Source of the DNA: the human T2T-CHM13v2.0 reference genome, Homo sapiens
Reading direction: 5' to 3' (one strand)
Assembly: GCF_009914755.1 (NCBI RefSeq)
Contig: NC_060929.1
Length of the DNA stretch: 64,000 nucleotides
The notes under the pieces were generated by a model. That model was not told the DNA's origin. It did not search any database and was given only the letters and a program-made list of their open reading frames with translations. The translations under genes were made by a program, and so were the position numbers. Shown one piece after another: positions 1 through 30,679 of this stretch. The first letter of the stretch is position 1, and each line of letters opens with the position of its first letter.

Positions 1-83
1 GCTTAGGCTCAGGGGAGACTGACTGGGGGTGGCTGTAATTGCTTGCCTTCCTGAAATCAGGTCTTTGTTTAATTCTGTCACAG

Positions 84-16695
<16,612 letters not shown>

Positions 16696-17640
16696 TCCTG
16701 GGCTTCCCCATCTGGTGCTTTTCCCATGGAGAACACACAACCAGTAAGTGAGGTTGCCCCACACAGCCGTCTCCCAGGGAATCCCTTCTGCAAACCAAAC
16801 GTTACTTAGACTGCAAGCTAGAAAGCCACCAAGGCCAGGCTTTGTTAAAAGAAGTGTATTCTATTTATGTTGTTTTAAAATGCATACTGAGAGACAAACA
16901 TCTTGTCATTTTCACTGTTTGTAAAAGATAATTCAGATTGTTTGTCTCCTTGTGAAGAACCATCGAAACCTGTTTGTTCCCAGCCCACCCCCAGTGGATG
17001 GGATGCATAATGCCAGCAAGTTTTGTTTAACAGCAAAAAAGGAAGATTAATGCAGGTGTTATAGAAGCCAGAAGAGAAACTGTGTCACCCTAAAGAAGCA
17101 TATAATCATAGCATTAAAAATGCACACATTACTCCAGGTGGAAGGTGGCAATTGCTTTCTGATATCAGCTCGTTTGATTTAGTGCAAAAATGTTTTCAAG
17201 ACTATTTAATGGATGTAAAAAAGCCTATTTCTACATTATACCAACTGAGAAAAAAATGGTCGGTAAAGTGTTCTTTCATAATAAATAATCAGACATGGTC
17301 CCATTTGCAGGAAAAGTGCAGACTCTGAGTGTTCCAGGGAAACACATGCTGGACATCCCTTGTAACCCGGTATGGGCGCCCCTGCATTGCTGGGATGTTT
17401 CTGCCCACGGTTTTGTTTGTGCAATAACGTTATCACATTTCTAATGAGGATTCACATTAATATAATATAAAATAAATAGGTCAGTTACTGGTCTCTTTCT
17501 CCGAATGTTATGTTTTGCTTTTATCTCACAGTAAAATAAATATAATTAATGGTTTGCATGTGAAATTCACTTTTGAAAGAACATGTTACCTTACCTTTTG
17601 TTTTAGAAGTTTTCAAGTATTAAAATATTTTTTAGAATTT
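16696..17640 (+). other. TRIP13: TRIP13 3'UTR (3' end approximate)
   Basis: AT-rich unique sequence after the stop codon with several poly(A) hexamers. Confidence 0.8.
17471..17624 (+). terminator. Poly(A) signal cluster: AATAAA 17471-17476, AATAAA 17535-17540, ATTAAA 17619-17624 (also AATAAA 17280-17285)
   Basis: Hexamers followed by T/GT-rich downstream sequence. Confidence 0.75.
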
Positions 17641-18168
17641 TCTTGTTTTGATTCTAAGTATCTCTTCCAAGTGCTTTTAATTTTACTAAAAATTACTCAC
17701 ATGATTACTTAACTTTAAGCCTGATTTATGGTGTGGGGACCTTATGGTGTAACTGCATCATCCAGAAGAAATTGGGAAGGTGCCAGTGGCCCAGGTGCAG
17801 ATTCAGGAGGTAGATCACCAAGGCCAAGGCATATGCAGGTTCTGGTCACCGTGTCGTCTGCTGGGCCTTAACTCTAGATTCAGAACCCGGAGCCACTCCT
17901 GCCGTGGAAAGCAGAGCCTGGCTCTGGGGGTGGCAGGTTGAGGAGTGGGCCCAGTCCATGCATGTCAGTGCTGTTAAAGGATCTTTTCACCAGTGGGCAC
18001 AACCCTAACAGCTCCCCCACCTCCACTCTCCAGGAGTCAGCTTGGGGTCCACAGTGGCTTGCGGCCCTTGTACTCACAAGTTCTTCAAGAAACAATTTGA
18101 GCTTTTTAAAACAGTTGGGGGTGGGGTATAGTGAATAAGGCAAAAGACTCATCTGAGAGTAAAGGCAG

Positions 18169-18610
18169 TGTATTAGGGTTCTCTAGAGGGACAGAACTAA
18201 TGGAATAGATAGATACATATATAAAGGGGAGTTTATTAAGTATTAACTCACATGATCACAAGGTCCCACAGTAGGCCATCGCAAGCTTCAGCAAGGAGAG
18301 CCACTCCGAGTCCCAAAACTGAAGAACTTGGAGTCCGATATTTGAGGGCAGGAAGCATCCAGCACAGGAGAAAGATGTAGGCTGGGAGGTTAGGCCCGTC
18401 TCGCCTTTTCACATTGTTCTCCCTGCTTATATTGTAGCCTCACTGGCAGCTGATTAGATGGTGCCCACCCAGGTTAAGGGTGGGTCTGCCTTTACCAGCC
18501 CAGTGACTCAAATGTTAATCTCCTTTGACAACACCCTCACAGACACACCCAGGATCAATACTTTGTATCCTTCAATCTGATTAAGTTGACACTCAGTATT
18601 AACCATCACA
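18169..18610 (-). mobile_element. Solo MLT2A (HERV-L) LTR
   Basis: Minus strand TGTGATGGTTAATACTGAGTGTCAAC...GAACCCTAATACA; perfect 5-bp TSD ggcag (18164-18168, 18611-18615). Confidence 0.92.
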
Positions 18611-19349
18611 GGCAGACGCATGTCTAGAAGACAAAAGGTACAATATTCTTGCTGCCGAAGAAAAGAAAAAATTGCCAAACCTGAATTGCTGTGAAGGACA
18701 TAGCTTGGAAGGCATGACAGAAGGTTCCCTGCAGTTATGGAGGATGAGTATGGGTGAGGTGCTGTGGACCCCAGCTCCAGTATCACTGGGCAAGTCTTGA
18801 CAGGACACCAAGGTCATGGAGGTCAGCCTTGTGGAGCCCATGCTGCACTCAGATGAGATCTGTGGGTCCAAACAGCTCAGGCCATCTGAGTTTGTCCTGT
18901 TTGATTTGCTTGTTATATAAAATCAATCAATCAAAAGATAGATGAGTGATAAACGTGCCATTTCATTTACACCACTTCTGAAACCACACTTGAATTCTGG
19001 AGGCCGCTGGCTCGTGCGTCTCAGGCAGGCCCACTGGATGTGGTGGGACTCGGCAGTGGCAGGGACTTCTCATGGACTCATTGCAGGTGTCAAGTTCCTG
19101 AAAATAAGATACCTGTGGTAGAGAAACCAGGCTGTGTCCTTGAAGTCCCTTCAGGCTATTAACCGAGTGGGAATTCAGGGAATTTCACATGTCAACAGTA
19201 GGATGATTGTTGTGTTTAACTGCATGACCTCTGCAAAATGGGGATTAAGAGATCAACTGATAACAAAGTACTTGCCCAAGTTCAGAGACCTACCGCAGCA
19301 CAACCTTACTAAGAAATAGAGGTTGAAAATGGCAATTTCAGTATAGAAA

Positions 19350-21360
19350 TACGACTTTTAAACATATTAATTCTAGTAGTTTTTTGACAGCATTCTTAGG
19401 ATTCTTTAGGCACTTGATTGTGCCAGCTGGGAATAAAGACAATTTGCTTATTTTTTTAATCTGTGCGCTTCCTCCCCCCCCCCCCCATTTTCTTGCCTTG
19501 CTGCATAGGCCATGGCAAGTATGAGGTTGAATAAAAATGCCTTAGTGGATGTCTTGGCCTCTTCTGTCTGTAAGCTCTGGAGTGATGTGCCACTTTCATT
19601 CAAGTACCAGCTTTAGGTTTCACAGATTTTATCTATTATTTGTTTTCTATTTTATTAATTTGGCACTTAATTTTCTTTTCTTCCTTCTACGTATGTTAGA
19701 TTTGTCCTTTTCCCAGCTTCTTAAAGTGGAAGCTGAGCCCCTTGGTTGAGAGCTTTGTTTCTCAGCATTGAAAACATTCTCTCTTTGCACATTGCATAGC
19801 TGCTTCCCACAGATGGATGGAAATGTGTGACTTTTCATTCATCCTGTTCAAAATATTTTCTAATTTCCCATGTAGTTTCTTCTTGGACCCATGGGTTATT
19901 TAGAAGAGAACTGTTTCGTTTCCAAATATTTGGGGATTTTCCAGATAGCTGTCTCTTACTGATTTTCTTTAAATTGGTTGTGGTCAGATAACATATGTTG
20001 TATTATTCTAAATCTTTTAAATGAATTGAGACTTATTTGGTGGCTCAGCACGTGGCGTGCTCTGGAAAGAATGCACCTCCTGCAGTCAGGCACAGTGGTT
20101 TCTACGTGCCAGTCAGGTCTCATGACCTGTCACTGATTTTCTTTCCCCTACTCTGTCAATAGCTGGGAACCTCCCAGCTGGGAGGTTCCGATAGTTGGAA
20201 CCTCCACTGTTAGTGTGGACTTGACTGTCTCTTCTTTCAGCCCTGTGTGCCCCGACACTGTATTCTGGAGCTGCTGGGGCATAAACGTGTGGGACTATTG
20301 TCTTCATTGTAAATTGGTGCTTTATCAAGGGATTTCCTCTTTTATCCCTTGTTCTGATGTCTACTTCGATACTAGGTTAGCCATGCTGACTTTTGATTAG
20401 CATTTACATGGTATCTCATTTTCCATCCTTTGACTTTTAACCTATCTGGGCTTTTATATTTTAAGTGAGTTTGTGGTAGACAGCATATAGTTGGGTCTCA
20501 TATTTTTATCCAGTCTGACAGACTGCCTTTTATTTTTTCACCAGTTTTGCTATTCATTGTTCTTTGTTACCTTTTTCCTCTTTTCCTGCCTTCTGTATTA
20601 ATTGAATATTTTAAAGTATTCCATTTTATCTCTACTATGGATTTACTTCCTATACATCTTGTATTATTTCATGGTTGCTCTAAGACTATGCTGTCTGATG
20701 TGGTAGCCACTAGCCACAGGTAGCTGCATACATTAATTAAAATTAAATTTAAGTTCAATTTCTCTGTTATGCTAGCCACATTTGAAATGCTCACATGTGG
20801 CTAACAACTACCAGTTGATATTGTCACACAGGTCATTGAAATGTTGTTCATTTATTTTTAGTCTTTTTTCTCTTTGCTTCCAGTGTGAATACTTTCTATT
20901 CCTGTCTTCAAGTTCACAATCTTTTTTCTCCCTACAATGTCTAATCTGCTGCCTTGTAAGTCAGTGAGATTTTCATTTTGTGGAGTTTACTTTTCATTTC
21001 TAGAACTTGTTTGGTTTTTTGTTATATCTCCCTTTTTACTTAGATTCATGTTTTCCTTTATATCCTTGAGCATAAAACAAGCATTTCTCTAAACTCTGTA
21101 ATGTTCTTGTATTTTAATCTCATCATCTTTATCATTTCTGGATTATTTCTACTGACTGATTTTTCTTTCCTTCAGTTTATATATCACAATTTGCTACTTC
21201 ACGTATCTAGTAATTTTTTACTGGATGCCAGACATTGTGAACCTTATATTGTTGAGTGCTAGTTTTGTCTTTAAAGAGTGTTCAGCTTAGTTCTAGCAGG
21301 TAGTTTGGTTACTTGTGGATCCGTGTATGCCCTTTAGTCTTGTTTTCAAGCCTTGTTGGG
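19350..21360 (-). mobile_element. Old L1M fragments, with a MER3/MER33-like hAT fragment at ~20690-20820
   Basis: T-rich L1-like antisense sequence; gtagccactagccaca...tagccacatttgaaatgctc motif. Confidence 0.55.
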
Positions 21361-21419
21361 AAGTCTCAAGTAGCTTCTCTGGGTGACTCCAGGGTGGAGC
21401 TGCTTCCATGAGAAAAGTT

Positions 21420-21548
21420 TTCTGTACACAGCCATACTTCGTTTGGACAACAGCAGCAGGGTCAAGGGGCTGATAGAAGCCACAGCTCACAAAGCCTAAA
21501 CTGTCTGCAGTCTGGCTCTTTAAAGAAACATTTGCCAAAACCCAGGCT
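21420..21548. mobile_element. MER58-like hAT fragment
   Basis: ...cacaaagcctaaa...tctggctctttaaagaaacatttgcc resembles a MER58 end. Confidence 0.45.
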
Positions 21549-23174
21549 TGACCAATTCCCAGAAGTGGATGGGCTACCAGACAGGATGGGATGTCATGAA
21601 CACTGAGAGAAACCCATCATGCACTGCTCACGCCGGTGTCTCAGGGAGACCCCAGCATCTCAGGGAGACCCCAGCACAGACGGGTTCCAGGTACCTTCTG
21701 TTGGTGCTGCTTTTCTCAGTATCAGCTTTTCGCCTGGGTGGGTGGCCTGGCAGTGAGCCATGTTGGGTCAAGGCAGTGAGGCCTCTGGTAGCTCCTGGGA
21801 CCCTGGTCAGCCCAGGGGTCCTTTGTCCCAGTTCCTGTAACTTAGGTTCCCATAACCCCTCTCAGGCCAGGCCACAGAGGGCCTCTGAAGACATGGTTTC
21901 CTCTTCCAACGCCACCTCTGCCCAACTCGCCTGCTCTTGGTGGCATTTCACCATGGGGTCAGGGGTCCTCTGCTCCTTGGTTGATGTCCCAAACCTCACT
22001 GGTGAGGCCCCATGCACTTTCAGGATGGTTGACACTCAGAGACTTCGTGTCCACGTGCTGGCAGAGGGGGACTCCAAACCAACACTCCAGGACCAGGGCG
22101 AGGGTTTCTGTGTGATACTCCAGAGGCTCTAGGACATCTCCCCTGGTCCAGGTCAGCTACTGGGCTTGTTCCTGTGCCATCCTCACTGCAGAGGGTCAGA
22201 AGACTGGACAGGTCTGGGGCATAGGGATTTGGCAGGCGGTGCAGAGGCGGGGGGGCAGTGCTGGTTCCAACAGACCTGAGGCCCCGAGGGTGATGCTTCT
22301 GCTGGGCAGCCGGGTTACTTTTGCCACGGAGAGAAGTGTGCAGGTGGCCCTCATAGTTGGTAAATACCTGTGACCACAGAGAGAGATACCTGGTAAACAA
22401 TGCTGACAGTCACGGAAGGCTGTGGGCGACTGCTGGGCACCCGTTCCTCAGCGTGGCCTCAGAAGAGCTGCCATCTAGAGCCACGCCTGTGCCCTGTTCC
22501 CTCCTGGCCCCTCCGCCTCCCACTGCAGTCAAGGCCCCATCTGCACCATTTGCCATGACATGCACAGGGTGATCCATACCTTTCCCACTGTGCCCTGTGG
22601 TCACTGGTCAGGGATGAGGTCACGTCCTCAGACCTCAGGGACACAGCTGCTGAGGTCATGGTCCTTAAGGAAGGCCCTGCCAGAGTGGCCTGGGGATGTC
22701 CAGGCAGTTCCAGAAGGAGTCCAGAGCGGCTGCCCTTGAGAAGGAGATGGGTGTGCCCTGAGGAGGGGCAGGAGAAGGGGGTGCTGGGGGGCTCTAAGGC
22801 AGGGCCAGCCCCCAGGTCCCCAGGCATGGGCCTGAGGACCGGAACCAACTTGCACCCAGGCCCTCCCAGCCAATGCCCAGCCCCTGGCACTGCTGCCTGT
22901 GAGTGAGGACAGTGATGCCAGCCAGAGGACAAATGGGATGCACAGGGCGTCCCTGTGCCCCCCAAGGGAATGAAAAAGGGGTCTGAGGGCTCTCTAGCAG
23001 GAGAGGAGGGGCGCCCCACACCGCCCAGGTCCTAGAACCCAGGTGGAAGGAGGAGGCCTGTGGACTGAGGGGAGGAAGGAACAGACAGGGGCCTGCGGAC
23101 AGACAGGTGGACCCCGACAGGCCCAGATAGGAAGCGCGTTGTGGCATTTCTGCCGCAGGACCCCTTTCCCTTGC

Positions 23175-23187
23175 CCGCTAGAGGGCG
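23175..23187 (+). promoter_or_regulatory. CTCF-like motif CCGCTAGAGGGCG
   Basis: Close match to the CTCF core CCRSYAGRKGGCR. Confidence 0.6.
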
Positions 23188-23309
23188 GCGCTGCCCCAGA
23201 GACGCACAGCCAGCGGCTTAGCCAAGGCCCCAGCACCAGCGGCCCTGGGCCCTGCCCTGACCCTGTGCTGACTCTGCAGCAGCCTCAGCTCCGAGTCCTA
23301 GTGTCTGTC

Positions 23310-26290
23310 GTGTGAATTATGATTTGTGACCAAAACCTTTGTCTTTCATGTGAGTTATCTGTGACTGAAAGCCTTCTTTCTCTCTCCCCTGAGTTACCAT
23401 TTATGACTAAAACCGTTCTCTTACTGCCTCTGGGTCATTTTTTACTAAAACCTTTATCACCTGAGCTATCACTTGTGACTGAAAACCTTGTCCATCACCT
23501 GAGCTATTTAGTTTTGATTGAAACATCTTTTCTTTGTCATACCTACAAGAATCATAAATTATCCTTTATGACTTGCAGCTTCATCTGTCAATTTAGTTAT
23601 CATTTATGAGTGAATTCCTTTTATCTTTATCAGCTGAGCTATCATATATGGCTGGAAAACTTTCTTCTCTCTCGCCTGAGTTACCTGTAATGGAAGGCTT
23701 CTCTGTATTACTGGACTTATTTACAACTACAGCGTCTGTCTCTCTAGCACTTGAGTTATCATTTATTTATGACTGGCCACCCCGCATCTCTCTCACCTGG
23801 TATCATTTATGTCTAAAACCTTTCATTCTCTATCAACTGAATTATTACTGGAAAATGTCTTTCCCCATCATCTAGTTGTCATTCATGATTCAGACCGTTT
23901 TCAGTCACCTCAGTTCCTTGTGGCTGGACACTTTTCTTTCTCCATCATCTGAATTGTGATTTATGACTACAGCCTTTCTTTTTATCACCTGAATTATCAC
24001 ATATGACTGGAAAAATGTATGAATGGAAACCTTTTTCTCTACCACCAAATTTCTATCTAAGCCTTTTTGGGTTTTGGGTGGCAGTGGGGGGTTGTTTGAT
24101 TTTTTTTGTGTGTTTTTTGTTTGTTTTGTTTTTGAGACAGGGTGTTGTTCTGTCACCTAGGCTGGAGTGAGTGGTGCCATCACAGCTTGGCCTTCACCTC
24201 CTGGGCTCAATCAATCCTCCAGCCTCAGCCTCCTGCATAGATTGGACCAGGGGCCTGCGCCACCACACTGGCTATCCTTTTATTTTTAGTAGAGACAGGG
24301 TCTTGCTATATTGCCCAGGCTGGTCTTGAACTCCTGGCCTCAAGCAATCCTCCTGCCTCAGCCTCCCAAAGTGCTGAGATTATAGACGTGAGTTACTGTG
24401 CCCAGCCTTACAAAACCGCTTTTTCTTTATCACCTGAATTACCATTTATGACTGGCACCTTCTTTCTGTTACCTGAGTTATCATTTATGACAGGAAAACT
24501 TCCTTCTGTCTCACCTGAGTTGCTTATGATGGAAGGCTTCTCCCTGTATTACATGAATTATTTTTGAGTGAAGCATTCTATCATCTGAGCTATCATTTAT
24601 GACTGAAACTTTGTATCTCTATCACCTAGATATCCTTTATGAATAAAAGCCTTTCCTTCTCTGTCATTTATGACTGTAATCGTTTTTCTGTATTACCTGA
24701 GTTGTCATTATTGCCCAAACCTTCTTTCCCTAGCACCTGAGTTACCACTGTGGCTGGAAACCTTCCTCATAACCCGAATTATCATGTGTGAGTGACACCT
24801 TCTTTTCTGTCACCTGGGTTACAATTTATGACCAGCAATCTTTCTCTCACCTGAGTTATCAATTATGACTGGTAGCCCTATTCTTTCTAGCAGCTGAGTT
24901 TTATTTATGACTAAAAACCTTTCTTTCTCTAGCATCTGATTTAACCCTTATGACTGGAACATTTCTTTCTCTATCACCTAATTATCATTCATGACCTCAA
25001 GCCTTCTTTCACTCAACTGAGTTATTTCTTATTGAAAAACCTTTCCTTCTCCACCTGAGTTGATTGATGACAAAAATCTTTCCTTCTCTGTCCATTGCCT
25101 GAGTTATAACCTGTGACTGGAAAACTTCACCCAGTTTTCATTCATGACTGAAAACCTTTCTTGACCATTGAAATGATATTTATAACTTGAAACCTTTGTT
25201 TTTCTATCCCTTGAATCATAATTTATAACTAAAACCTTTCCTTTTCTACCACTTATCACTTATGACATAACTTTATGAATCAAAACCCTTATTTCTGTAG
25301 CAGATGTATTATTTATGACTAGAAATCTTTCTCTATTACCTGAGTTATTATTTGTGACCTTGCTCTATCACTTCAGTTACCGTTTGTTACCTAGAACCTT
25401 TCTATCTCTACCATTTTCTATCGGAAACCTTTCTTTCTCTATTATTTATGACTAAAACTTTTCTTTATTACATGAGTTATCCTTATGGCCAGAAGCCTTC
25501 TTTCTCTGTTATATGAATTGTCACTTATTACTAAAACCTTTATTTCTCTTTTAGCTGTGTTATCCTTTATGGCAGGAAACCTGCCTTGATGTATCTACCT
25601 GAGTGATACATGAATAAGGCTTTTTTCTCCATTATCTGAGTAATTTGTGACTAAGCCTCTTTCTCTATCACCGGGTTTATCATGTATTAATGACTGAATA
25701 CTTCATTATGTGATCAGTCTTTCTCTTCATTTGTGTGGTGGTTGGAAACCCTTTTTCTCCATCACTTTAGTTTGGATCTTTTGTTCTCTGTCATTGAGTT
25801 GTCATTTGGGACGGAGGCCGTCTTCCCCATCCCCTGAGTTCCGCTTTATGACAGCACCTCTCTTTCAAACCAAACCCTGTTGTAGTTTAGGGCTGGACAC
25901 GTTTCTCTATCTCCCGAGTTACCATTTATGATGAGAAATCACCACTCATCCATCGCACGTGCTGTAATTCATGACTAAAACCTTTATTTCACTTGTTCTT
26001 CATTTTGGAAGCCTTCCTTCTCTATCACCTGATGATTATTACTGGAAATTTCTGTCTGTGTCACGCGAGTTACGGTTTTCTCTCTGGCGTTATTATTTTT
26101 ACTGGAAACCTCCTTTCTCTCCCCCGTCCGAGCTGTCCTCGCGGCCGCAGCCTCCTCCTCCCGCCCTGCGGGGGCCGCCGTCCGCGCTTCTTCCCCGCCC
26201 GCCCCTCCTGGGCCCCTCGCGTCCCCCTTCCCTGTCACCCGAGCTTCGTTTGTGACTGAAACTCTGCTGCGTCTGTCATCTTGGTGTCCT
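23310..26290. repeat. Degenerate ~40-bp tandem array (approx. consensus TCACCTGAGTTATCATTTATGACTGGAAACCTTTCTTTCTCTA)
   Basis: cacctgagtta / tttatgact / aaacc recur every ~39-43 bp over ~3 kb; interrupted by an Alu. Confidence 0.88.
24101..24407 (-). mobile_element. AluJ-like element inserted in the 40-bp array
   Basis: Reverse Alu with J-type features (gtcttgctatattgcccagg, ctcaagcaatcctcc), CpG-decayed. Confidence 0.9.
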
Positions 26291-26900
26291 CTATGAAAAC
26301 CTTCCCAGAGCTCTTCACACTCCACACGTGGCTTTTATTTAGTGTTTTCTACCTACTCGGCAGCGTTTCCTGGGGAGGGAAGGCACCCAGAGCCTCCGGA
26401 GCCACGCGGCGCTGTGTTCCCGCGCCCTCGGCTTCCCTGTTGCTCAGGGTTATTTCTTCCTGCCATCAGCTGGAGAAGCGCTCTCCGAATATTTCCCCGG
26501 GAACGCGGACTTGCCGGCCCTGCGAGGCACCCGGCGGGAACCGGCGGAAAGGGAGGAACGGCTGGATGGCGCCCGCGCCTGGCAGCCCCGTGTGCCCGAG
26601 GCCAGGAGGGACCGGGCGAGCCTGGGGGCTGCGTCAGGGCCGCTCCGAGGGCGGCTTCGCGGGGACTCGGGCCCCGCCCCAGGCCAGGCAGGGTGTGACC
26701 GCCCCCTAGTGCGGGAGGCTGCGTCTACACCCGCGCCCAGGACCCTGGAAGCCACGGAACTGGCCCCACCCCACGCACCGAGTCCACGAAGCCCTCGCCC
26801 CCAGCCTCACCGGCTTCCAGACCTGTCCCGAAGCCCTGTTCTCCGCGGCTCTGGGTGGGCGCGGGTGGCGCTGGGGCGACCCCAAATCCAGGCCAGGAGC
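26060..26900. promoter_or_regulatory. Orphan CpG island / candidate promoter
   Basis: High GC and dense CpG, GC boxes (ccccgccc), NotI site gcggccgc; no coding gene attached. Confidence 0.85.
26700..26712 (-). promoter_or_regulatory. CTCF-like motif (minus strand GCACTAGGGGGCG)
   Basis: One mismatch to CCACTAGGGGGCG. Confidence 0.55.
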
Positions 26901-27007
26901 CCAAATCAGGCCACGACCCCAAATCCAGGCCAGGACCTCAAATCCAGGCTAGGACCCCAAATCCAACCTGCAACCCCAAATCCAGGCCAGGACCCCAAAT
27001 CCAAGAC
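26878..27007. repeat. 19-bp minisatellite x7 (gaccccaaatccaggccag)
   Basis: Direct reading. Confidence 0.9.
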
Positions 27008-27564
27008 ACAATCCTAGCCCAGCGACCTGGGGCTTCCCTTGGGCCAGCGACTGACTGCACCGGCCCTGCTGTTCCAGCCCCTCCTGGCCTCCCTCCTCCC
27101 ATCCTTTACCCCAGCCTCTCCCCTGGCCTTTTCTGGCAGCCTCTCCTTCCGGCCTTTGCCCCCGCAGGCTTCACGTCCTCGCGAGCCAGAGCAGGGACGC
27201 CTTCACTGGGAGAATCTGCTCAGAGCTGATTTCGTTATCGATGAGTACTAACAAAATATTATTTTACACTGATGTGTTAGTTTTTTAAAAAATGTGCTTA
27301 AGCCAGGAGGCTTTTTAGGATATCTTCTTCTACTGCTCAACAGCCATCTAAGAACTTATAAAACGTACATCCAGTTGTGTTTGGGGCTAGAGAGAGTACT
27401 GGGTGACGTCATCACTGACATCCTCAACAGATCTCTATTTACAATGCTTAAAAGTTGCTCCAGTGAACCGACAGGTAAGTACTTGAAGACCATCACCGAC
27501 CTTTAGTGTTGGAATTTCACTCCTGCCTTCATGATGTCCAGGGAGCGGAATACTACAAACAGGT

Positions 27565-30163
<2,599 letters not shown>

Positions 30164-30184
30164 CAGGTATACTCCAAATACTTC

Positions 30185-30575
30185 CACCGTGAGCACCATC
30201 ACCTCCAAATGTGTTCACCTGTGAGCACCTTCACCTCCCAGTACATTCACCTGTGAGTACATAACCTACTGGTACATTCACCTGTGAGCACCTTCACCTC
30301 CCAGTACATTCGCCTGTGAGCACATAACCTACTCGTACATTCACTGTGAGTACCTTCACCTCCCAGTACATTCACCTGTGAGTACCTTCATCTCCCAGTA
30401 CATTCACCTGTGAGCACCTTCACCTTCCAGTACATTCACCTGTGACAGATTCCCCTCCCAGTACATTCATTCACCTGTGAGCACATTTAATCCCAGTACA
30501 TTCACCTGTGAACACATTCACCTCCCCGTACATTCACCTGTGAGCACATTAACCTGTGAATATGATCACCTGTGT
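30185..30575. repeat. ~32-bp minisatellite (ccagtacattcacctgtgagcaccttcacctc), ~12 units
   Basis: Direct reading. Confidence 0.9.
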
Positions 30576-30679
30576 ACAGACTCTCAGGCTGCACCGGAGA
30601 ATTTAACTGACGCAGAAAGATCAACAGGAGGAAAGCACGGAAGCTTATTTAAAGGAAGCTCTATATGGTGGGAGAGCCT

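Noticed and set aside
21548-23019. 194-aa and 186-aa ORFs
   Set aside because: No recognisable domain, non-ATG starts, length expected by chance in GC-rich DNA
23310-26290. CRISPR-like look of the 40-bp array (palindromic core + variable linker)
   Set aside because: Human DNA, no cas genes; the linkers are homologous pyrimidine tracts, not unique spacers, and the cores are degenerate
26281-27229. ORFs in the CpG island
   Set aside because: Pro/Arg/Gly-rich in several frames, partly from the 19-bp repeat; typical CpG-island noise
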